DNA from: an uncultured Candidatus Saccharibacteria bacterium
Lineage (GTDB): Bacteria; Patescibacteriota; Saccharimonadia; Saccharimonadales; JAGQNJ01
Direction of reading: 5' to 3'
DNA length: 64,000 nucleotides
Assembly (NCBI GenBank): GCA_964426845.1
Contig: CAYRSA010000001.1
Location: 43,237 to 107,236, forward strand
The translations under genes and the position numbers were made by a program. The notes under the pieces are model-generated. The model had not been told where the DNA came from and ran no database searches. It saw nothing but the letters and a program-made list of their open reading frames with translations. Positions 29,595 through 35,999 of the stretch are shown here, piece after piece. Positions within the stretch are counted from its first letter, which is position 1. The number at the start of each line of letters is the position of its first letter.

Positions 29595-30284
29595 ATGAAA
29601 CTTGCAGGTGAAACAGCGGTTATAGTCGGTGGAAGCCAAGGAATCGGGCGGGCGCTGGCCGAAGGACTGCTCCACGAAGGTGCCAATGTTGTAATCGCTA
29701 GTCGAACCCAAGAAACAGTAGAAAAGACTGCTGAAGAAATTGGTGCAGAGGCTTTTGTTGTAGACGTACGTGAAGAACAGGACTTAAGAGACCTTGCTGC
29801 TTTTGCAATCGAGACTTTTGGTGGAATTAACTTATGGGTCAATAGTGCGGGTCAATTCAAGAAGTTTCCCAAGGAAGACCTCCTTGACATGGAAAGAGCT
29901 CATGAGATGTTTGACGTAAACTTTTTTGGTGCTGTACTTGGCTCAAGAACAGCATTGCTCAATATGGAAGACGGTGCATTAATTAACTTACTATCCAGCG
30001 CAGCACTCGATGCCACTCGGTCTGTTGGAGCTAAGTTATATGCATCAAGCAAGTGGGCACTGCGGGGCTATGTAGATGCATTGCGTGGTGAAAATCCAGA
30101 CAGTCCAGTAAGAATACTTTCTGTTTATCCAGGTGGCACGAAGTCACACCTACATGACGAAGCTCTGCCCGATGAATTTGCAAATTTTATGGAGCCAGAG
30201 CATGTTGTTGAGAAAGTTATCGCAAACTTGCTACTCGAAGAGCCAGAACTAGATTTAGTTATTAAGCGACCGTCAGTAAGCTAG
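29595..30284 (+). CDS. cassette 8: short-chain dehydrogenase/reductase (SDR)
   Basis: ORF track starts at TTG 29568; ATG 29595 (MKLAGETAVIVGGSQGIGRA) is 6 nt after TATACT; YASSK catalytic motif. Confidence 0.85.
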   Translation: MKLAGETAVIVGGSQGIGRALAEGLLHEGANVVIASRTQETVEKTAEEIGAEAFVVDVREEQDLRDLAAFAIETFGGINLWVNSAGQFKKFPKEDLLDMERAHEMFDVNFFGAVLGSRTALLNMEDGALINLLSSAALDATRSVGAKLYASSKWALRGYVDALRGENPDSPVRILSVYPGGTKSHLHDEALPDEFANFMEPEHVVEKVIANLLLEEPELDLVIKRPSVS

Positions 30285-30402
30285 GCCTACCCCAAGCAAT
30301 CTCCATAACCTGACCGTAATACCTGGTAAGAAGTACGTCAGCTAGAGGGAGCCAAGCATAAGCGCTTTGAATAAGGTGCTTTTTTGTTAGTATTAGGCCA
30401 GT
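30285..30402 (+). repeat. junction J8 (long form, most diverged)
   Basis: left part GCCTACCCCAAGCAATCTCCATAACC; insert from 30302; exact core 30347-30363; hairpin AGCGC-TTTGAATAAG-GTGCT (A-T, G-C, C-G, G.U, C-G pairs) plus TTTTTTG; TAGTAT 9 nt before ATG. Confidence 0.8.
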
Positions 30403-31635
30403 ATGTCAACAGTCTCTTTTATTCGTTCTCCATGTGAGGTCCTGGTACTTGATGAGGTCAAGACTGGGTCTCGATTTCTTGAACTTCCACCTCCCGAATA
30501 CACAGACAGGGAATATGAAGAGGTCTTCCGAGATGCACAAGCAAGGCTAGGGCTTGAAGATTTAGAGCCTGTTCATGAAGGAGGGAAAACAAAACTTGTA
30601 GCCCCTGACGGATACAAGTTTCGGATAACTGGAGCTTTTACCCTCTGGCCAGACGGTAATGATATTTCCTGGGGCTATGGACCTCCTACGGACAGTTACG
30701 AAGAATGGCGCAGACAAAATCAGGGTAGCTTGGCTAGGTATGAGGCTGAGGGGTTAAGTCCTGAAGAAGCTGAGAAACGGGTTGCTGACGGAGAATGGGA
30801 GACAAGTACATATGGCATTCCGAGTATTGAATATTATGAAGGCCCAAGTCTGACATTTTCTTTTGATGACGTGGAGTGGGGAGGAATTGTGCCAACAGAC
30901 AGAGAAAGCAGACACTCTTCTGATGATGGGCCGCCCACTGTTAAGGTACGACTAAGTCATTATAGGGAAACTTGGTTAGAGCAAGCGCGTAGGCATATAA
31001 AACTGCCTAATAGCGAAAATGACAGATTGCTTGCAACCCACCAATACGGACAGCCCGGAATAATTCCTTGCTGGAAGGGTGGACACAGTGATGGTGATAT
31101 AGAAAATATCGCGATTGAACTTGTACCAATCGGTGAAGACGATGGAGACAAAGAATTGCCTATGCTGAAAAGATTGTGGGTACCCGAGAATGTACGATGG
31201 ACTTTATATGAAGACTTCCCCGACTTAATAGACCAAGATGGCGACGAAGCAAGCCGCACGGACATGGGAGGTGCAATGCGCATGTTTGGGGAAGTTATGG
31301 GGCTTCTTGGTGGTTCAGACCAGAATATGTTTGACCAATTAAGCGCGGAAAGCAGATTAGCAGTCGTCGACCACCCTATGCTTGCTCATATGGATACTGG
31401 GAAGTTAGCAGAAGCCGTTGAGGAGCTTATTCAAATCACAAATGAGCAAGAACCAGGGAAAGATAGAGAGCGAGAGAGAGAAGAGGAAAATGCTAAAAAG
31501 ATGGAAGCAAAACGGAAACGACTCGTAGTTATAACAGACTTGGACGAAAGTATTCATTCGGTTGCTCGAAGAATAGGGGCAGACGACACTTGGCTCGAAG
31601 ACCACGCTCGCTATGTCAATAGCTTTGACTGGTAA
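30403..31635 (+). CDS. cassette 9: hypothetical acidic protein (410 aa)
   Basis: long ORF, no domain recognised; C-terminal charged EREREEENAKKMEAKRKR stretch. Confidence 0.6.
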   Translation: MSTVSFIRSPCEVLVLDEVKTGSRFLELPPPEYTDREYEEVFRDAQARLGLEDLEPVHEGGKTKLVAPDGYKFRITGAFTLWPDGNDISWGYGPPTDSYEEWRRQNQGSLARYEAEGLSPEEAEKRVADGEWETSTYGIPSIEYYEGPSLTFSFDDVEWGGIVPTDRESRHSSDDGPPTVKVRLSHYRETWLEQARRHIKLPNSENDRLLATHQYGQPGIIPCWKGGHSDGDIENIAIELVPIGEDDGDKELPMLKRLWVPENVRWTLYEDFPDLIDQDGDEASRTDMGGAMRMFGEVMGLLGGSDQNMFDQLSAESRLAVVDHPMLAHMDTGKLAEAVEELIQITNEQEPGKDREREREEENAKKMEAKRKRLVVITDLDESIHSVARRIGADDTWLEDHARYVNSFDW

Positions 31636-31771
31636 TGTGAAGTTCTAGCTTCCACAGCCTTCGCCATGGCCATAATCTGACCATAATACTTAGTACGAAG
31701 TACGTCAGCTAGAGGGAGCCAAGCGTAAGCGTTTTGAGACCTGGAAGGGTCTCTTTTGTTATACTAGGACA
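31636..31771 (+). repeat. junction J9 (long form)
   Basis: left arm GAAGTTCTAGCTTCCACAGCC; insert from 31669; core GGGAGCCAAGCGTAAGC 31714-31730; hairpin GAGACC-TGGAAG-GGTCTC plus TTTTG; TATACT 31760-31765. Confidence 0.85.
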
Positions 31772-32218
31772 ATGGATTTACACGAACTTGCAAAAGAGTA
31801 TCTAGGCAGTGTCAAGCACATGCAACTTGCTACCGTCAAGAATGGTCAGCCATGGATTTGTACCGTCTATTTTGTGGCTGATGACGATTACAATTTTTAT
31901 TGGACGTCGGGCCGAGACAAGCAACACTCGGTTGAAATAAAATCTGATCCAAGAGCCGCGGCTACCGTAGTTCTAGACACTGATAAAAAACGAGCTCTAC
32001 AGATGGCGGGTAGTGCCGAGGAAGTCAGTGATGAGGAGTTAGAGCGCGTACACCAGCTATACCAGTCAAAATTTGGCTCAAAAGACTATGATTTAGAGGA
32101 AATGAAACAGCACAAGGCCGTCGGCCGAGCCTATTGGAAGTTTAAGCCTTCTGTAGCCATGTTTTGGGACGAGGTTAACTTCCCAGACACGCCAAAACAA
32201 CGCTTGAATCTGGTATAA
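31772..32218 (+). CDS. cassette 10: pyridoxamine 5'-phosphate oxidase-family (FMN-binding split barrel) protein
   Basis: 148 aa; N-terminal HMQLATVKNGQPWICTVYF pattern typical of PNPOx/general-stress-26-like proteins. Confidence 0.7.
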   Translation: MDLHELAKEYLGSVKHMQLATVKNGQPWICTVYFVADDDYNFYWTSGRDKQHSVEIKSDPRAAATVVLDTDKKRALQMAGSAEEVSDEELERVHQLYQSKFGSKDYDLEEMKQHKAVGRAYWKFKPSVAMFWDEVNFPDTPKQRLNLV

Positions 32219-32331
32219 TAACCTCGTTGATAAGTCCAGATAACGGATAGACCTTGTCCTCGCAAGGAACAACTATTTACTGGCTAACATTATAAAAGAG
32301 GCTCACTATTAACATAATAAGGAGTCATCTG

Positions 32332-32490
32332 ATGTCAAAAATGACAAAAGAAGAAGAAATCGACTGGTACGAGCGGTCCAAGAAACATTGGCGTTCGTGG
32401 GGTTCGTGGTTCAGTTGGGGCTCTCCTGTCGGGTTAGGACTATTTTTCCTAGCCTGCGCCGGAGCCATCTGGATCATTGCTCAGATATAG
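32332..32490 (+). CDS. small Trp-rich membrane protein (52 aa)
   Basis: SD AAGGAG 7 nt upstream; MSKMTKEEEIDWYERSKKHWRSWGSWFSWGSPVGLGLFFLACAGAIWIIAQI; below ORF-track cutoff. Confidence 0.45.
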   Translation: MSKMTKEEEIDWYERSKKHWRSWGSWFSWGSPVGLGLFFLACAGAIWIIAQI

Positions 32491-32685
32491 AGCAATCAGC
32501 AGGGAAGCAGGGCGTCACAACATGGCGCTCTGTTTTTGTCTTTTGTAGACAAGCACCCACTTTTGTGATATTTTCCATTATATGCCCTTAAGAATTGATG
32601 AGACTACGCCTTTTGACTTGGTACGAGAGCTGTCTCCAACCCGGCACGCCGCTACCGCTGCTAGAGATAGACCCCTAGACACCGA

Positions 32686-32928
32686 TTAGATTATCGGCAG
32701 GTCCTCGACAGGCTGATCGAGTATTTTAGCTAGTAGCTCGATCTGTTGAAACTTACAGTATTTAATTGGAGCTCCGGCGGCGTCATAAATCCGGTAGTAG
32801 TGGGTGAAGGTGACTGTTTCACCTTTGAAGTTCTTGGCCTGTGTGGGCTTTTCGATTCGCCTAATTGTCCAGCCGGCTGGCTGGTCGGCTAGAATGCGCT
32901 TGATCTTGGCGTAGTGGTTGAAAGGCAT
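32686..32928 (-). CDS. hypothetical protein (80 aa)
   Basis: ORF track extends to 33123, but ATG 32928 (MPFNHYAKIKRIL...) lies 7 nt after TATACT and avoids overlap with the divergent gene. Confidence 0.5.
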   Translation of the reverse strand: MPFNHYAKIKRILADQPAGWTIRRIEKPTQAKNFKGETVTFTHYYRIYDAAGAPIKYCKFQQIELLAKILDQPVEDLPII

Positions 32929-33002
32929 TAATAAGAGTATATCAATACATAAGTCCAGAAGCCCCGTCTCTCGACAAAACACTGTTATTATGGTATCCTT
33001 TA

Positions 33003-33770
33003 ATGATGACAGAACATCAGCCAAGACTACCGGATAATGCCTGGTTCCCTGGGGAGCAGGTCGCCAGTTGGGAAGGCCGCCGCTTTGGCTACCGAGCCCT
33101 TTTTGAAGCCATCGTCGATCCATCTACCTTTAAAGAGATTTGTAATTCAGCCGGACAGGACGAGCTGATTGAATTATTTGAGCCTACTGAGAACGATAGT
33201 CTATCGATCACCATGTTAGGCGAATACGACGAACCTACTGGTGAACCGGTTGTACTAAGCATTGAAAACCCAGCCACAATCTTAACACATGGCTCGCGTT
33301 TCATACTTGATGCTACTGCCTCCAGCGAACCTTTCGCTTACACCTGCACTTTATACGGAGAAAAGCCTTTGAGACTTGATTACTTCGCTCTGGGTGATCG
33401 GGAGCGTCCTGTCAGATTCATAGAAACTCTAGCTATCAAAGATGGAGTCGAGTGCGATGTCTATGAGCTCGACGGCGACGATACACAGGATTTGGCTATA
33501 GTTCGGGTCGCCAAGGGCTCATCTACACCACGCCAACGTGTGCTACAGGGCGACTTAACGATTGAAGGCCATGTATCAGGCGAAGGCGAATTAGTTATCG
33601 CTAGAGCCAACGGCAACAAAGAAGTATACCCTTTCAGAGATGATTTACGTACACGGCCAGTGCAGGTAGATATCGGTGACACCATGCGCTGGACAGCAAT
33701 TGGAGATCTCGTTTTCTATGAAATATGCCAGCCGCCCTACGCCGAAGGCCGCTATCAAGACCTAGATTAA
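33003..33770 (+). CDS. hypothetical protein, C-terminal cupin-like barrel
   Basis: 255 aa; C-terminal GDLTIEGHVSGEGELVIA...GDTMRWTAIGDLVFYEI suggests a beta-barrel; weak call. Confidence 0.5.
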   Translation: MMTEHQPRLPDNAWFPGEQVASWEGRRFGYRALFEAIVDPSTFKEICNSAGQDELIELFEPTENDSLSITMLGEYDEPTGEPVVLSIENPATILTHGSRFILDATASSEPFAYTCTLYGEKPLRLDYFALGDRERPVRFIETLAIKDGVECDVYELDGDDTQDLAIVRVAKGSSTPRQRVLQGDLTIEGHVSGEGELVIARANGNKEVYPFRDDLRTRPVQVDIGDTMRWTAIGDLVFYEICQPPYAEGRYQDLD

Positions 33771-33803
33771 GCCAATTGCCGCAACTAGTGGTACACTATT
33801 ATC

Positions 33804-34283
33804 ATGATGGTTAAGCTTGTCTCGTACTTGCGATATGCTCTAGGTGGCGCTGGTTTATATTTTGCCTTCAGTCAACTGGCCGCTAGCCCAGCCGAAGCTG
33901 TAGCCACTGCCACTCTATACACTGTGGGAGCCGTAGGAATTCTCAGTTTTGTCAGCCATGCCCTCCTACACGAAGGCGATGCCAAGATGATTGGCTTCAG
34001 CAGTAAAACACCTAGTTTCCAGTTCGAAGTTGGCTTCGCTAATCTAGCTTTTGGTGTGGTAGCCTTGATCAGTTACGTCGATGGCTGGGGCATCAGAGCC
34101 AACACCACTCTGTTACTAGCTTACTCTTTGTACCTACTCCAAGCCGGAATCTTGCATTTCGCCGAATCCCGCCGAAAGAAGAAAATGAGCCAAACCAACC
34201 TCATTAGGGCTATGGTCACTTTTGCATACAGCGGAGCTATGCTGTACATCGCCGCCCACGCTATCAGCTCGAGCTCCTTCTAG
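33804..34283 (+). CDS. hypothetical polytopic membrane protein (159 aa)
   Basis: 4-5 hydrophobic segments; TGgTACACT 6 nt before ATG. Confidence 0.6.
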   Translation: MMVKLVSYLRYALGGAGLYFAFSQLAASPAEAVATATLYTVGAVGILSFVSHALLHEGDAKMIGFSSKTPSFQFEVGFANLAFGVVALISYVDGWGIRANTTLLLAYSLYLLQAGILHFAESRRKKKMSQTNLIRAMVTFAYSGAMLYIAAHAISSSSF

Positions 34284-34329
34284 CCATTTACAAGCGGAGT
34301 ATAATAGAGGCATTAACCAAGGAGGGATT

Positions 34330-34557
34330 ATGTCTGCAAAAGAATTAAACCTAAAACCAGGTAAGTGGGTAGTGGCCGACTGTGGCTCGATGCCCAGCGA
34401 CAGCAACTGCCAATTAGTCATATTGGCTCCTGAGGACCAGAAGGCTGATTTAGTAGATGCCGGCGTCAAGCATGCCGTTGCCAAGCATGGCCACGAAGAA
34501 AGCGACGAGCTGAGGAAGGGCGTTGAAGGCATGTGCGAGGTCGTCGAAATCGCATGA
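34330..34557 (+). CDS. DUF1059-like small metal-binding protein (75 aa)
   Basis: start set to ATG 34330 behind SD AAGGAGGGA; Cys pair plus His-rich KHAVAKHGHEE. Confidence 0.6.
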   Translation: MSAKELNLKPGKWVVADCGSMPSDSNCQLVILAPEDQKADLVDAGVKHAVAKHGHEESDELRKGVEGMCEVVEIA

Positions 34558-35204
34558 AAATAACCAAGCTAGTTCACTCTTGCTTACTGGTCGAGAAAGA
34601 GAATACTCGGATACTTGTCGATCCCGGCAACTACAGCTGGGCCAGTGGATTGGTCGGCGAAGATCACATGAAAGATTTGAGCGCCGTGGTGGTCACTCAC
34701 GCTCATCCCGACCATCTGCATCAAGATTTCGTCGAAGCTATCAACAAGGGCTCGCCCAAAGCTGTTTGGTACGGTCCGCAGGAAGTAGTCGATCAACTTA
34801 GCGAGTGGGACATAAATGGCAGGACTACGAGCGACGACGTCAACGTCAAGTTTATTGATTCAAAGCACGCCGACTTGTCGCCATGGTTCGGCCAACAGCC
34901 CGACCATACCAGTTATGTGCTGTTCGGCGACCTGATAATTGGCGGTGACTGTCACACGCTTGACCAATCTCACGGAGCCAGAATCTTCGGCGCCGCAGTC
35001 AGTGGCGGCCCCTGGGCCGGAGTGGTGGGCTTTGCCAAAATGATCGAAGCTATGACAGACCGGCCAGCCACCGTAATCCCTCTACATGACTGGCATTGGA
35101 ACGAAGAGGCCAGGGCTGGTATCTATGACCGACTGCCAGATGTGCTGGGCCAATTTGACGTCAGCTTTGTACCGCTAGAGAACGGTAAAACCGAAGAGCT
35201 GTAA
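34554..35204 (+). CDS. MBL-fold metallo-hydrolase
   Basis: start set to ATG 34554 (ATGA overlap with upstream stop); THAHPDH zinc motif. Confidence 0.8.
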   Translation: MKITKLVHSCLLVEKENTRILVDPGNYSWASGLVGEDHMKDLSAVVVTHAHPDHLHQDFVEAINKGSPKAVWYGPQEVVDQLSEWDINGRTTSDDVNVKFIDSKHADLSPWFGQQPDHTSYVLFGDLIIGGDCHTLDQSHGARIFGAAVSGGPWAGVVGFAKMIEAMTDRPATVIPLHDWHWNEEARAGIYDRLPDVLGQFDVSFVPLENGKTEEL

Positions 35205-35235
35205 CATACGAAGATGCTCGGTGTATAATAAGGCC

Positions 35236-35547
35236 ATGCCCACAACCATCGTTTCCGCCGGTCCGGCTCATAAAATGCCGGCCGATCTGGGTAAAGCCCT
35301 GGCGGCTGACCCAAAAGCTCTGGCCAAGTGGGAGAGTCTGACGCCACTGGCTCGTAATGAGTGGATTTGCTGGAATGTGACCGTCAAACAGGAGGCCACC
35401 CGCAAGAATCACATAAAGAGAACTGTTACTGAACTCAAGGAAGGTAAGCGCCGCCCCTGTTGCTGGATGGGTTGTGTGCATCGGACCGACAAGCCGATCA
35501 GCCCAACCATGAAATGGATTCTAGAAAAACAAGGAGGTAAGCGATGA
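35236..35547 (+). CDS. YdeI/OmpD-associated family protein
   Basis: start ATG 35236 is 6 nt after TATAAT; PADLGKALAADPKALAKWESLTPLARNEWICW is typical of the family. Confidence 0.7.
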   Translation: MPTTIVSAGPAHKMPADLGKALAADPKALAKWESLTPLARNEWICWNVTVKQEATRKNHIKRTVTELKEGKRRPCCWMGCVHRTDKPISPTMKWILEKQGGKR

Positions 35548-35999
35548 CAATAACCCCAAACCTGTGGTTCGACGGCAATGCCAAGGAAGCGGTGGACTTT
35601 TACGTCTCGGTCTTCCCGGACAGCAAGATAACCTCGACCGAATACTACCCCGAGACGCAAGAGGAGGGTCTAGCCGACTTTCAGAAAAGCCTGGCCGGCA
35701 AAGTGCTGACCATTGAGTTCGTGCTATCCGGCAACCCCTTTGTCGCCATCAACGCCGGTCCAGAGTTCAAATTCAACGAATCGGTTTCCTTCTCGGTGCC
35801 TTGCAAAGACCAAGCAGAAATCGACTACTTCTGGGAAAAACTATCCAAAGTACCCGAGTCCGAGCAGTGTGGCTGGTGCAAAGATCAATTTGGCCTGAGT
35901 TGGCAAATCGTGCCGGCCAATATGAGCGAGCTAATGAAGCGCCCTGATGCTTTCAAGAAGATGATGGAGATGCACAAGCTGATTATTGCTGACTTCTAG
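35544..35999 (+). CDS. VOC/glyoxalase-superfamily protein (PhnB-like, 3-demethylubiquinone-9 3-methyltransferase-domain family)
   Basis: 151 aa; MTITPNLWFDGNAKEAVDFYVSVFPDSKI and CGWCKDQFGLSWQI are signatures of this family. Confidence 0.85.
   Translation: MTITPNLWFDGNAKEAVDFYVSVFPDSKITSTEYYPETQEEGLADFQKSLAGKVLTIEFVLSGNPFVAINAGPEFKFNESVSFSVPCKDQAEIDYFWEKLSKVPESEQCGWCKDQFGLSWQIVPANMSELMKRPDAFKKMMEMHKLIIADF

Larger units (their letters stand above)
24807..32218 (+). mobile_element. tRNA-Asn-anchored tandem array of 10 single-gene cassettes separated by a composite att-like repeat (integron-like; no recombinase seen)
   Basis: the 17-nt tRNA-end junction GGGAGCCAAGCATAAGC recurs in 8 of 9 junctions; one co-oriented ORF per interval; shared left arm, terminator hairpin and -10 box in the junctions. 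Confidence 0.6.

Noticed and set aside
29450-29842. 130-aa minus-strand ORF from the track, ending ...AYAWLPLADLLRTKYYGQIMALSEVMEKEY
   Set aside because: It is antisense to the well-supported SDR gene and merely runs through junction J7. The equivalent frames at the other junctions have no start codon. It was useful only because it exposed the peptide-like conservation of the repeat.
25272-31771. Regularly spaced repeats could be a CRISPR array
   Set aside because: The intervals are 0.4-1.2 kb protein-coding genes rather than 25-40-nt spacers. The repeats are 70-140 nt, imperfect and modular. No cas genes are present.
25272-31771. Canonical integron attC sites (the left arm GTTCTAAC resembles the inverse core RYYYAAC, and the right end GTTAGTA/GTTATGA resembles the core GTTRRRY)
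   Set aside because: Only 4-6 nt of the two ends are complementary. The sequences between them do not fold back on each other; there are two local hairpins instead. The conserved core is identical to the tRNA-Asn 3' junction, and no intI is present. It is kept as an analogy only. An attC covariance model should still be run.
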